Both the position numbers and the translations under genes were made by a program. The notes below the pieces were generated by a model. That model was not told where the DNA came from and did not search any database. It saw only the letters and a program-made list of their open reading frames with translations. 64,000 nt of DNA from assembly GCA_958414825.1 (NCBI GenBank), contig CATYXQ010000004.1, forward strand, positions 8,667-72,666, given 5' to 3'. Origin of the DNA: an uncultured Eubacteriales bacterium. GTDB taxonomy: Bacteria > Bacillota > Clostridia > Oscillospirales > CAG-272. This document shows, in pieces, positions 52,197 to 61,764 of this stretch; position 1 is the first letter of the stretch, and every line of letters begins with the position of its first letter.

Positions 52197-52616
52197 CACG
52201 CCTCATAAGCGAAAGCAGGGAATTTACAGCACATTGGATAACAGAAAGCAAAATGTCGCCGTCTCTAAGGCGTGGGTTTTTGCTTGCTTTTTTCAGCGGG
52301 CGCTGTAATCTGCCGCTGAAACATTACATAACGGGGCGAAATCCTTTATTGAAAGAAACAGACGCGCCGAAAAAGCGAATGGCGTCAGCGGAGAATCGGG
52401 AGTGCGTCCTGCCGTCTCCTGAATCTTCTGAAAAAGAGCGGGGGCGCTTCTGTTTTCCTAAAAACGCCGAGTGCCTAAACGGGCGTGTTCATATTTTTTG
52501 AAAATTTATACTTGACATTTTTACAAAAAGGTGTAAAATAAAAGAGCATTCCAAATCGCTCGACAATTTAATAATAAAGAAAGCCGCCAAAAAGCGTGGA
52601 TTAAATGTGGGTTGAA

Positions 52617-52652
52617 AGTAAAAAGGCTTGTAAATACAAGGATTTACAAGCC
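52617..52652 (-). terminator. Intrinsic terminator of ssrA, located on the prophage side of the att core
   Basis: A perfect 11-bp stem GGCTTGTAAAT / ATTTACAAGCC. On the minus strand it directly follows the tmRNA CCA end and is followed by TTTTTAC. Confidence 0.7.
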
Positions 52653-52653
52653 A

Positions 52654-52673
52654 ATGGTGGAGGCGGGGAGAAT
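52654..52673. repeat. Prophage attachment-site core overlapping the ssrA 3' end
   Basis: ATGGTGGAGGCGGGGAGAAT is identical to 16249-16268. Confidence 0.85.
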
Positions 52674-53021
52674 CGAACTCCCGTCCGAAAACCTTTTAAT
52701 ACAACTTTCTCCGGGTGCAGAACACCTTTTTTAATTCCCGCATCTGTTTCCGGTGTACGGGAAAGCAGATTTGGTAGCTTTTTTGTTTATGACCGCTTCA
52801 AAAGCGAACAGGCGGTGCACATTTACCACTAAGTGACGCTCTATCCAAAGCCGTGGTACTCAATGGAAGAACGGGCCGCAAAAAGCGGCGGCACAGCTTA
52901 CGCTGCCTGAGCTACGAGATTATCGTTAGCGTTTAATTTTAAGGTGGGACTTTTTCAGAGGATTCCCAGCCTCTACCCGCTTATCGTATCTTAAAATCCC
53001 CGTCGAAACCTTTACGCCCCC
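52656..53021 (-). ncRNA. ssrA: tmRNA (SsrA)
   Basis: On the minus strand the 5' end reads GGGGGCGTAAAGGTTTCGACGGGG. The 3' end reads CGGGAGTTCGATTCTCCCCGCCTCCACCA (T-arm plus acceptor plus CCA). An internal tag frame, GCT AAC GAT AAT CTC GTA GCT CAG GCA GCG TAA (52930..52898), predicts the tag ANDNLVAQAA. It is adjacent to smpB. Confidence 0.9.
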
Positions 53022-53057
53022 ATGTTATTTATAGTTGCCTTGAAACGGATGCGACAC

Positions 53058-53519
53058 TTACCGTACGCTTTTCATAGCGCGGTCAATATCGCGTGCAGAT
53101 TGTCGTTTGGCATCGGATTCACGTTTATCGTAAAGCTTTTTGCCCTGGCATAGCCCGATCTCTACTTTGACATGTGACCCGCTGAAGTACATGGAAAGCG
53201 GTACTAATGTCAATCCATCTTCTTTGATTTTGCTGAACAATCGAATGATTTCGCGTTTGTGCATCAGTAGCTTTTTGTCTCGGAGCGGATCTCGGTTAAA
53301 TATATTGCCCTTTTCATAGGGACTGATATGAATGCCGCGTGCGAACATTTCGCCGTTTTTAATTTCGCAATAGGCGTCTTTTAAATTAACTGAGCCGAGC
53401 CGTACAGATTTGACTTCCGTGCCATACAGCGCGATTCCGGCTTCATATTTATCCAATATGAAGTAGTCGTGATACGCTTTTTTATTTTGCGCAATCATCT
53501 TGTTTCCGGTTTTTGCCAT
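53058..53519 (-). CDS. smpB: SsrA-binding protein SmpB
   Basis: ORF track lists 53058..53579. The ATG at 53519 follows GGAGGAG. NKKAYHDYFILDKYEAGIALYGTEVKS...LLMHKREI. Confidence 0.9.
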   Translation of the reverse strand: MAKTGNKMIAQNKKAYHDYFILDKYEAGIALYGTEVKSVRLGSVNLKDAYCEIKNGEMFARGIHISPYEKGNIFNRDPLRDKKLLMHKREIIRLFSKIKEDGLTLVPLSMYFSGSHVKVEIGLCQGKKLYDKRESDAKRQSARDIDRAMKSVR

Positions 53520-53784
53520 CGTTGTCTCCTCCGTTTGCAGTCGCAGAAATATTATACATGTTCGCTGAACAAAAAGCAATAGAAAAAGTAGCGTGTAATC
53601 AAATTGTAATCTTTTAAAATGTATTTACAAAACTGTTGAAACTGTGTTATAATAGCAACGCTGACAGAATTTATACACGGACCGCTTTGTTTGGCTTTTA
53701 AAATATATGCAGAAAAACTGCGATATGGCTTTAGATAATAAAATAGGCAAAAGAGAAAATGTTTATACTCGAAGGACAAAAATA

Positions 53785-54288
53785 ATGAAGAAATTTCTGG
53801 AATGCGGAAAAATTGTGAATACGCACGGAATTAACGGCGCGTTGCTGATTGAATCTTGGTGTGATTCGCCGCAGATATTGGCATCGTTGCCCATGGTTTA
53901 TGTATTGGAAAACGACAGCTATATTCCCATGCAAATGCAGCAGGCATCGCCGTATAAAGATAGGGTGCTTGCAAAATTTTCCGGAATTTCTTCGCCTGAG
54001 GCGGCATCGGCACTGAAAAATACAGTGATTTATGCGAATCGGGATGATATTCATCTTGAGGCAGGCGATTATTTTATACAGGATTTGATCGGTTTGCCGG
54101 TATTTGACGAGACCGGAGGCGTTCGGTACGGAATTCTCCATGATGTAGTTTCCTATGGCGCTTCGGATTTATATGAGGTGGATACCGGAAAAAGCAAGGT
54201 CTTGGTGCCTGCTGTACCCGAATTCATAAAAAAGACAGATCCGGCTTGCGGAATTTATATACAGGCAATAGAGGGTATGTTTGAATGA
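53785..54288 (+). CDS. rimM: 16S rRNA processing protein RimM
   Basis: ORF track lists 53707..54288. The ATG at 53785 lies 8 nt after GAAGGA. LECGKIVNTHGINGALLIESW... and a PRC-barrel C-terminus. Confidence 0.9.
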   Translation: MKKFLECGKIVNTHGINGALLIESWCDSPQILASLPMVYVLENDSYIPMQMQQASPYKDRVLAKFSGISSPEAASALKNTVIYANRDDIHLEAGDYFIQDLIGLPVFDETGGVRYGILHDVVSYGASDLYEVDTGKSKVLVPAVPEFIKKTDPACGIYIQAIEGMFE

Positions 54289-54995
54289 TGCGTTTTGATA
54301 TTCTGACGCTGTTTCCCGATCTTGTAACAACAATTTTGGCGTCCAGCATACTCGGACGGGCGCAAGACAGCGGCGCAATCAAAGTATACGCACATAATAT
54401 ACGGGATTATTCACAGGACAAGCATCACCGCGTAGATGATACGCCATACGGCGGAGGCAAGGGAATGCTGATGGCGGCACCGCCGATCTATCAGTGTATA
54501 GAGGCGGTTAAAGCCATGCAGAGCTATGACAATATACGACGGAGAATTGTTTATTTGTCGCCTTGCGGGGAAGTGTTTAATCAGCGGAAAGCCGAGGCAC
54601 TTGCGGCGTATGATAATTTGATTCTTCTGTGCGGTCATTATGAGGGCGTGGATGCGCGCGTACTCGAACTTTGTGTAGATGAGGAAATTTCGATCGGGAA
54701 TTTTGTGCTGACCGGCGGCGAACTGCCCGCCTGTATCGTTGCGGATGCGGTGGCGAGACTTGTGCCCGGCGTATTGGCGTCGCCGGAATGCTTTGAGAAA
54801 GAAAGTTTTTCGGGCGGGTTGCTTGAATATCCCCAATATACGCGCCCTTACGAGTTTATGGGTAAAACCGTGCCGGAAATTTTGATTTCGGGACATCATG
54901 AAAATATTGAAAAATGGCGTCTGGCACAGTCTGTGGAGATTACCAAAAAAAAACGCCCGGATCTTTATTCGGTGTGGGAGAAAGGTGAGCAATGA
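54285..54995 (+). CDS. trmD: tRNA (guanine37-N1)-methyltransferase TrmD
   Basis: ORF track. RFDILTLFPD, DDTPYGGGKGM, LLCGHYEGVDARV, SIGNFVLTGGELPA. Confidence 0.95.
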   Translation: MMRFDILTLFPDLVTTILASSILGRAQDSGAIKVYAHNIRDYSQDKHHRVDDTPYGGGKGMLMAAPPIYQCIEAVKAMQSYDNIRRRIVYLSPCGEVFNQRKAEALAAYDNLILLCGHYEGVDARVLELCVDEEISIGNFVLTGGELPACIVADAVARLVPGVLASPECFEKESFSGGLLEYPQYTRPYEFMGKTVPEILISGHHENIEKWRLAQSVEITKKKRPDLYSVWEKGEQ

Positions 54996-56926
54996 AAACA
55001 GGATTTGGACAATGGTTTCGCGAACTTGTATCGGGCAGTGCGATTTGTCGGACTTTTGACCGGATCGGCAGTTTTTTGTACCGTAAGCTCGGCAGAGGAC
55101 TTTACAGCTTTTTGTTCGGTTCGTATGACGATATTTGCGAAGTGTTTGATACCAGTGCATTTTCCAGCGCGGTATGCGGTCGGCGCAGCCGTATACGGCA
55201 TTATTTGGCGTCCAGCATGGAGGACAGTGTATATGTCACGGCGATTGCATCCATGATGCGGTATCTCAGCCGCCTTTCGCTTCGTGTGATCGGTGTGTTT
55301 TTACTTTCCTCCGGTTTTTATTCTTTGCTGGCACAGTTTATTTTGTATCTTGTGTATCAAGATAGGAAAAGTTTTGTTTTCGGCATTATATCTGCAGCAA
55401 TGATTTTGATTGGGTTGCCCTTTTTATTTTCCAAGCAGCCGCTTTGTGCGGCAGTGAAGAAAAGTTCGATTTTGGGCGGACTGTTTATTGATTTTTTTGG
55501 ATTCCCGGAACGTATGTTTGCTATGCCTGAAAAAGCGACGGGAAGAAAAAATATTGCTTTTATTTTAGGATTGCCTTTCGGAATTCTTTCCTGTTTTGTC
55601 AATCCTGCTGTCTTGCTTTTGGGCATGGTCGGCTTGATTTTGGCATATCTGGTGCTTTTGAATCCGGAATGCGGTTTTTATATGATTTTGATGGGGCTTC
55701 CGTTTTTTGTGATTGTCGGTCGCCCGACCATTTTGCTTGCGTTGCTGACCGGGTATGTTATGTTTTGTTTTCTGATTAAGCTGATGCTGGGAAAACGGTA
55801 TTTTCGGTTTGAGCTTCTGGATTTTCTGGTTGCTTGCTTTATGGCTGTTATGCTGTTCGGCGGCATTGTTACGTACGGCGGAACTTTATCTTTGCGTTCG
55901 GCGCTGATTTACACGGTGTTGATTTTGGGATATTTCCTATCGGTTGGGCTTTTGAATTCCAAGAATAATCTCAAACGGGCTGTACGCGCGCTTTGCCTTT
56001 CGCTCTTTTTGGTCGGACTGTATGGATTGTATCAAAACTTTACTGGAAATATCTCGACGGAATGGATTGATACGGATATGTTTGACAGCATCGGCGGCCG
56101 TGTTGTTTCCACGTTTGAAAACCCGAATATGTTAGGGCAATATTTTATCCTGTTGCTTCCGATTCTTGCAGCCGCTGCAATCAGTGAACGTTCGTTAACT
56201 GCAAAATCGTCTTCTATGGTGGCTTTTGCGGTGGGGGCTGTTTGTTTGATTTATACTTGGGCGCGCGGCGCTTGGCTGGGATTTTTGTTTGCTGCGGTGA
56301 TCTTTTTGCTTATGTGGAGCCGGAAATCAATGGCGTTTCTTGTAACCGGTATATGCGCATTGCCTTTTTTGATTCCGTATCTGCCGGAAAGTATTTTAGC
56401 GCGTTTTTCCAGCATTGGAGATCTGACGGATACTTCCACCAATTATCGTGTATATATCTGGCGGGGCAGTATGAACTTGGCTTCCGATTACGCATGGACC
56501 GGAATTGGCGTTGGTGAGAGCGCATTTGATCGGATATATCCATATTATTCGTTCGCCGGGATTGAGAAAGCGCCGCATGCGCACAATTTGTTTTTGCAGT
56601 TGTTTATTGAGGTCGGTATTCCGGGATTTTTGATTTTTATGGCATTGCTGGTATGTTTTTTTCAAAGCGGATTTTCATTAGCAAAATGTGGAGAAGATAA
56701 AGGCGTTCGATTGATTGGTTGCGGCGCGGTTTGCGGCATCTTAGCTGCGCTTGTACAGGGAATGGCGGATTATATATGGTATAATTACCGCGTATTCTTT
56801 GTTTTTTGGGTCGTGGTTGGTATTGCATCCGCCACTAGAAGAATTGATGCGGAGAAGCGAAAGCGAAAAGGATCGGCAATGAGCGAAAATGCTGCGGATA
56901 TAACAATCGTGGGAGGGCTATTATGA
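54992..56926 (+). CDS. O-antigen ligase/polymerase-like (Wzy_C-type) polytopic membrane protein
   Basis: ORF track. More than 10 TM segments, with a Wzy_C-type loop (RGAWLGFL...HAHNLFLQLFIEVGIPGF). It has an ATGA-type overlap with the trmD stop. Confidence 0.75.
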   Translation: MKTGFGQWFRELVSGSAICRTFDRIGSFLYRKLGRGLYSFLFGSYDDICEVFDTSAFSSAVCGRRSRIRHYLASSMEDSVYVTAIASMMRYLSRLSLRVIGVFLLSSGFYSLLAQFILYLVYQDRKSFVFGIISAAMILIGLPFLFSKQPLCAAVKKSSILGGLFIDFFGFPERMFAMPEKATGRKNIAFILGLPFGILSCFVNPAVLLLGMVGLILAYLVLLNPECGFYMILMGLPFFVIVGRPTILLALLTGYVMFCFLIKLMLGKRYFRFELLDFLVACFMAVMLFGGIVTYGGTLSLRSALIYTVLILGYFLSVGLLNSKNNLKRAVRALCLSLFLVGLYGLYQNFTGNISTEWIDTDMFDSIGGRVVSTFENPNMLGQYFILLLPILAAAAISERSLTAKSSSMVAFAVGAVCLIYTWARGAWLGFLFAAVIFLLMWSRKSMAFLVTGICALPFLIPYLPESILARFSSIGDLTDTSTNYRVYIWRGSMNLASDYAWTGIGVGESAFDRIYPYYSFAGIEKAPHAHNLFLQLFIEVGIPGFLIFMALLVCFFQSGFSLAKCGEDKGVRLIGCGAVCGILAALVQGMADYIWYNYRVFFVFWVVVGIASATRRIDAEKRKRKGSAMSENAADITIVGGLL

Positions 56927-57411
56927 TAGGAGAAGAAAAAAAGGGAATCCGTGTCAATATTGTGGATATTCTGATAACCGTTGCGATTGCATGCTTGATT
57001 ACATTTTGCGTTTTGATGCTTGCCAATGCATTTGGAACAGATGCGGCTGCGAAAACGGATGTGACTGTGGAATATACGATTCAATTCCGCGGACTCAGAA
57101 GCGAGTTTGCCAATAAAGTAAAAAGCGGTGATATTGTTATTGATGCGCAGAAGCGCCAGGGGCTTGGAACGGTGCAGTCGATAAAATATTCTCCATATAT
57201 TGTGGATGTATATGATTCCGAAACTGGTGAGATGGTTGCCGCAGAGCACCCCTCCTATATTACACTTGAGATAACGGTTCTTGCAAACGGATATATTTCC
57301 GGGGAAATGTATTACGTTAACGGCATTAAAATGGGGGTCGGTGCAGGGCTGAGCATCCATACAAAAAATTTCGCGGGCACCGGTTATATCAGTGCTATGC
57401 GAGTTGAGTGA
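56923..57411 (+). CDS. DUF4330-like membrane-anchored protein
   Basis: ORF track. The N-terminal GIRVNIVDILITVAIACL TM anchor is typical of DUF4330. It overlaps the upstream stop by 4 nt. Confidence 0.55.
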   Translation: MIGEEKKGIRVNIVDILITVAIACLITFCVLMLANAFGTDAAAKTDVTVEYTIQFRGLRSEFANKVKSGDIVIDAQKRQGLGTVQSIKYSPYIVDVYDSETGEMVAAEHPSYITLEITVLANGYISGEMYYVNGIKMGVGAGLSIHTKNFAGTGYISAMRVE

Positions 57412-57422
57412 GGAGGGGAAAG

Positions 57423-57902
57423 ATGGCTGCTAAAAAATTCAGAATTAATATATTGGATTTTGTCATTTTTGCCGTTGTTGTTCTATGCATTGCAGGGGTC
57501 TTTTTGCGCAGCGGAAAAAAGAGTACAGATGAAAAGCTTGAAACGCAGACTGCCCTGATTTCATTCAGCATCAGTAATGTTCAGGCTGCGTCAGTTGATT
57601 GTTTTGAAGACGGCGACCTTGTATACAGTGAATCGCTTGGCTGTAATATGGGGAGAATAGTCGGTGAAAGCATTGTTGCAACACCTGCAATCTTATATAT
57701 CGAAGATGACGGAGCCGTTGTGGAAGCTGTGTCCGGCCTTGAACGTGTAGATATTGTCGGCTCTTTTATCAGCGAGGGGAAGATGAGCGAAAGCGGTTTT
57801 TTGATTGGCGGCACCCAATATATTGCGCCCGGCATGACTACGCTTGTATATTTACCGAAGATTAATGTAAATATTTTGATAACCGGTGTTGAATTACAAT
57901 AA
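57423..57902 (+). CDS. DUF4330-like membrane-anchored protein (paralog of the preceding gene)
   Basis: ORF track lists 57408..57902. The ATG at 57423 lies 6 nt after AGGAGG. N-terminus: KKFRINILDFVIFAVVVL. Confidence 0.55.
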   Translation: MAAKKFRINILDFVIFAVVVLCIAGVFLRSGKKSTDEKLETQTALISFSISNVQAASVDCFEDGDLVYSESLGCNMGRIVGESIVATPAILYIEDDGAVVEAVSGLERVDIVGSFISEGKMSESGFLIGGTQYIAPGMTTLVYLPKINVNILITGVELQ

Positions 57903-57946
57903 GAAATTGTCTATTCTCACCAAAATTAAAAAAATCTTAAAAACCC

Positions 57947-57975
57947 TTGCATTTATAATGTAAATTTGCTATACT
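57947..57975 (+). promoter_or_regulatory. Sigma-A type promoter upstream of ptsH
   Basis: TTGCAT (57947-57952), a 17-nt spacer, then TATACT (57970-57975). Confidence 0.4.
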
Positions 57976-58049
57976 ATTTTATAAGATATGAACCAAATAA
58001 TCAGCATGATAAACGGATATTGTTAAAGGATTAAAGGAGCGTATTTCTG

Positions 58050-58313
58050 ATGATGACCCGTGAAGTTACAATCAAAAACAGCGTTGGTTTGCATGCAAGA
58101 CCGGCCACATTCTTTATTCATAAAGCTAATTCCTACAAAAGTTCAATTTGGGTGGAGAAAGATGATCGGAGCGTGAATGCGAAAAGCCTTCTCGGCGTGC
58201 TGTCTCTCGGAATTGTCAATGGTATGACAATTACGCTGGTAGCTGACGGTTCAGATGAAAAAGAGGCAATAGCTGGGCTTGAGGAACTAATTGAGAACGG
58301 TTTTAACGAATAA
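58050..58313 (+). CDS. ptsH: Phosphocarrier protein HPr
   Basis: ORF track. His15 motif GLHARPA and Ser46 motif NAKSLLGVLSLG. Confidence 0.9.
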   Translation: MMTREVTIKNSVGLHARPATFFIHKANSYKSSIWVEKDDRSVNAKSLLGVLSLGIVNGMTITLVADGSDEKEAIAGLEELIENGFNE

Positions 58314-58437
58314 GCAAAGATAAAAATGAGTATTGGGCGAGCATGACGGTTATTCGTTGTGATCGCCCAAATTTCGTATTTCAGCCCGTGCGTTCTTTAG
58401 TTGACTGAAATGAGAAAGTTGAAAATCGGAGGTTCGT

Positions 58438-60288
58438 ATGATGGAGAATAAGCGTTTGCCGCAGTTGTTGGAAAAGGCAAATTCTTTGCCAGTGCGGCCG
58501 GGTGTTTACCTAATGAAAAATGAAAGCGGTACGGTAATTTATGTAGGCAAGTCTCGAAAGCTTAAAAATCGGGTATCACAGTACTTTCAAAACAGTCAAA
58601 AAAATTTGAAAACGGCAAAAATGGTTTCCGCCGTTCACGATTTTGATTTTTTTCTTTGTGATACCGAGATGGAAGCGCTTACTTTGGAAAATGTTCTGAT
58701 TAAGGAATATTATCCTAAATATAATATTAATTTGAAAGATTCCAAATCGTATCCCTATATAAAGGTAAGTGTCGGAGAGGAATATCCGCGCTTAGTTGTG
58801 ACGCGCACTCGCAGTGCGGATAAAGCAAAATATTTTGGGCCTTATTCGGGGGCGGGGATTGCGTATAACATTGTGGATACGCTTTGTAAGACGCTCGGAT
58901 TGCCGAATTGTAAGCGCCAATTTCCGCGGGATATCGGCAGAGGCCGTCCTTGCGTGTATTATCAAATCGGTCAATGCATGGGCGCTTGCCGGAAAAATGC
59001 ATCCAAGGAAGACTATGCGGCGGCGGTAAGCGCCGCTTTGCGTGTACTCGGCGGAGATTTTGAATTGGCAAAAAATGAACTTGAAACACGTATGCTTCGT
59101 ATGGCCGAACGGGAAAATTTCGAGGCTGCTGCCAGATGTCGGGACAGTATTGCGGCATTGGATAAAATTTCGCAGCGGCAAAAAGTTGTTTCTTCTCCGA
59201 AAGCGGATCAGGATGTAGTTGCTTTGTACAGCGAGGAGCGCTGCAGCGTGATATCGGTATTTTATATTCGGAGCGGTATGCTTGTGGATAAAGATGAATT
59301 CGTTTTCTCTGCGGATGAGATTATTGAGGCCGAGGAAATTCCGACCTTTCTTTGCGGGCTTTATTCTGAGCGCACATATATTCCCAAAGAGATACTTTTG
59401 GCTGAATGTGTAGATGACGATGAAAGTTTGGCCGCGCTTTCGGATTTGCTTTCGGAAAAAGCCGGACGCCGCGTTTCGGTTCATACGCCGCTTCGCGGAG
59501 AATTGCGTCATCTTTGTGATATGGTCCAGGACAATGCGCGTGAAAAGGCGGAGAAATTTACGCAGGAAAATGAACGTGATAACAAGATGCTGCATAAACT
59601 CGGCAAACTTTTGGCCTTGCCAAGTCCGCCAGTGCGGATTGAGGCTTATGATATTTCCAATCTCGGTACAGAGCATATTACAGCGGGGATGGTAGTTGCC
59701 GAAAACGGGCGTTTGAAAAAACGAGATTACAGGACGTTTACGATTCGAACAACAGCGGGTATAGATGATTATGGCGCCATGCGCGAGGCGCTTTCCCGGC
59801 GTCTTGCGCACCTGGGACGGGGACAGGGGAGTTTTTCACAGGCGCCGGATTTGATTTTATTGGACGGCGGCGCTGGTCATGTATCCTCTGTACGCGCGCT
59901 CCTTTCCGAAATGGGATTGAGTATCCCGGTTTACGGAATGGTCAAAGATTCCTATCATAAAACACGGGCATTATCGGATGGAACGCGGGACATTAGCATT
60001 GCGCGCGAACAAAGCATTTATGTTTTTATATTTAGTTTGCAGGAAGAGGTTCATCGTTTTGCGGTAAGTCAGATGAGCGGCGCCAAACGAAAAACTCTGA
60101 AAAAATCTATACTGGAAAATATAAACGGGATCGGTCCGGCAAAAGCTAAAAAATATCTAAAGGCGGCCGGAGGACTTGCAGGGCTTAAGGGCGTCGATGC
60201 CGGTATACTGGAGAAAAAAGGAATTCCCGCAAAGGATGCTCAAAAAATCGCACAATATTTTGCAGAAAAACAAGGGGGAAGCGTATGA
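58438..60288 (+). CDS. uvrC: Excinuclease ABC subunit C
   Basis: ORF track. GIY-YIG N-terminus (GVYLMKNESGTVIYVGKSRKLKNRVSQY), a UVR domain (FEAAARCRDSIAAL) and a C-terminal HhH region. Confidence 0.95.
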   Translation: MMENKRLPQLLEKANSLPVRPGVYLMKNESGTVIYVGKSRKLKNRVSQYFQNSQKNLKTAKMVSAVHDFDFFLCDTEMEALTLENVLIKEYYPKYNINLKDSKSYPYIKVSVGEEYPRLVVTRTRSADKAKYFGPYSGAGIAYNIVDTLCKTLGLPNCKRQFPRDIGRGRPCVYYQIGQCMGACRKNASKEDYAAAVSAALRVLGGDFELAKNELETRMLRMAERENFEAAARCRDSIAALDKISQRQKVVSSPKADQDVVALYSEERCSVISVFYIRSGMLVDKDEFVFSADEIIEAEEIPTFLCGLYSERTYIPKEILLAECVDDDESLAALSDLLSEKAGRRVSVHTPLRGELRHLCDMVQDNAREKAEKFTQENERDNKMLHKLGKLLALPSPPVRIEAYDISNLGTEHITAGMVVAENGRLKKRDYRTFTIRTTAGIDDYGAMREALSRRLAHLGRGQGSFSQAPDLILLDGGAGHVSSVRALLSEMGLSIPVYGMVKDSYHKTRALSDGTRDISIAREQSIYVFIFSLQEEVHRFAVSQMSGAKRKTLKKSILENINGIGPAKAKKYLKAAGGLAGLKGVDAGILEKKGIPAKDAQKIAQYFAEKQGGSV

Positions 60289-60905
60289 GAATCATAACGG
60301 GTACAGCCCGAGGAACCAAGTTGCTTACGCCGGAAGGCGAAAATACGCGTCCTACTTCGGAACGCGCTAAAGAAGCGCTGTTTTCTATGATTCAGTTTGA
60401 TATTGACGGTCGCCGCGCGCTGGATTTATTTGCCGGTTCTGGGCAACTTGGGCTGGAAGCTTTGAGCCGCGGCGCAGCGTCTTGCATGTTTGTGGATGCT
60501 TCGGCTGAAGCAATGGAAATTGTGAAGCAAAATATCGAAAAAACACATTTTCGTGAGAAGAGTAAAACGCTCATTTCGGATTATCGCAGCTATTTGCGCA
60601 AAGCGTCCGGACGGACTGCGTTTGACTTGATTTTTTTGGATCCGCCTTATACTTCCGGCGCGTTGGAAGATGCACTTCGGCGGTTATATCGCACAGAATT
60701 GATGGCGCGCGGGTGCTTGCTGATTTGTGAAAGCGAAGCGGGCGAGATCTTGGAACGGGGCGAGAAGCTGTCGGAAATGTATTGCGCTTTGAAAAGCGGC
60801 GGTTACGGCAGAGTGCACATTGATATTCTTACCCCAAGTGAAAAGTATTTTGAGGAGACGCGGGAAAATGAGCGGGAAAATTGCGGTCGTACAGGGGAGC
60901 TTTGA
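60285..60905 (+). CDS. rsmD: 16S rRNA (guanine966-N2)-methyltransferase RsmD
   Basis: ORF track. MRIITGTARGTKL, RPTSERAKEALFSM, DLFAGSGQLGLEALSRGA, FLDPPY. The 3' end overlaps the coaD start. Confidence 0.85.
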   Translation: MRIITGTARGTKLLTPEGENTRPTSERAKEALFSMIQFDIDGRRALDLFAGSGQLGLEALSRGAASCMFVDASAEAMEIVKQNIEKTHFREKSKTLISDYRSYLRKASGRTAFDLIFLDPPYTSGALEDALRRLYRTELMARGCLLICESEAGEILERGEKLSEMYCALKSGGYGRVHIDILTPSEKYFEETRENERENCGRTGEL

Positions 60906-61359
60906 TCCCATGACGATAGGACATGCGGATGTTGTTCGACGGGCAGCGGTATTGTTTGACCGGGTGATTGTAGCCGTGGCGCAGAATGCGGAGAAGCAGC
61001 ATATGTTTACTTCGGCGCAGCGTATGCGGCTCGCGTGCGCTGCGCTTTCGGGAATAGAGAACGTGTCGGTTGAAATCTGCGAGGGGTATGTTGCCGATTT
61101 TGCATCCAAACGGAATGCGGATGTATTTGTTCGTGGAATTCGGGACTCTGGGGATTTGGAGTATGAGCGTCAAATGGCCGAATTTAATTTCGGACGAGCC
61201 GGACTGGATACTATTTTTTTGTTTGCCGCTCCCAAATACCATGAAGTTTGCTCTACCGAGGTGCGCCGGAGACTGTGTAGCGGTGATGAAATCAGTATGT
61301 TTGTCTCCAAAGAGGAGGAGGCATTGTTACATTATTTTCGGGAATTTCCCACAGCTTGA
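60868..61359 (+). CDS. coaD: Phosphopantetheine adenylyltransferase
   Basis: ORF track lists 60820..61359; I prefer the ATG at 60868. IAVVQGSFDPMTIGHADVV (the T/HxGH motif). Confidence 0.9.
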   Translation: MSGKIAVVQGSFDPMTIGHADVVRRAAVLFDRVIVAVAQNAEKQHMFTSAQRMRLACAALSGIENVSVEICEGYVADFASKRNADVFVRGIRDSGDLEYERQMAEFNFGRAGLDTIFLFAAPKYHEVCSTEVRRRLCSGDEISMFVSKEEEALLHYFREFPTA

Positions 61360-61497
61360 TATATGAGGGTGAGCGCGTTTTTCCCTTTTGACAGTCATAT
61401 AATTGTATTTGTGAATGATCGTTATGATAAAGAAGCGGACAGGATAGGTCATAGAAATCCGAAAATAATAATTCATCAAAAAGGATTTTATCGAGAT

Positions 61498-61764
61498 ATG
61501 GATGATGTTATTAAAGGAAAATGCAGAACAGATTGTATCACTTGCGGTTTTAGGGAAAAAATGAACTGCAAGGGGTGTATTGAAATGGATGGAAATCTTT
61601 TTTGGGGTCAATGTGATATTTATAAATGTGCCAAAAATAAAGGCTTTGAGCATTGCGGTATGTGTGATAAATTACCTTGTGGAGAGTTGACGCATTATAT
61701 TGAAACCGGGCACAACCCCAATCGTTTGAAAAACCTTAAAAAGTGGAAAGAAGAGGTATTGTAA
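61498..61764 (+). CDS. DUF3795-like Cys-rich protein
   Basis: ORF track lists 61363..61764; the start is uncertain (ATG at 61498 preferred). Cys pattern: CITCGF...CKGC...C..YKC...HCGMC...PC. Confidence 0.6.
   Translation: MDDVIKGKCRTDCITCGFREKMNCKGCIEMDGNLFWGQCDIYKCAKNKGFEHCGMCDKLPCGELTHYIETGHNPNRLKNLKKWKEEVL

Larger units (their letters stand above)
16249..52673. mobile_element. Temperate siphovirus-like prophage (about 36.4 kb) integrated into the 3' end of ssrA
   Basis: Bounded by the exact 20-bp direct repeat. A tyrosine integrase lies next to the intact tmRNA gene. Lysogeny, early, replication, packaging, head, tail and lysis modules are all present in between. Confidence 0.85.

Noticed and set aside
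52193-52832. ORFs 52193..52501 (102 aa) and 52605..52832 (75 aa).
   Set aside because: The second overlaps the tmRNA gene and its terminator on the antisense strand. The first has no RBS and lies in the att-proximal arm. Neither has protein-like features.
51522-59811. Long antisense ORFs opposite int (51522..52199), trmD/O-antigen-ligase-like (54411..55160), the ligase 3' end (56785..57360) and uvrC (58792..59811).
   Set aside because: Each lies opposite a gene with clear family motifs and has an Arg/Phe/Ile-rich, low-complexity product.
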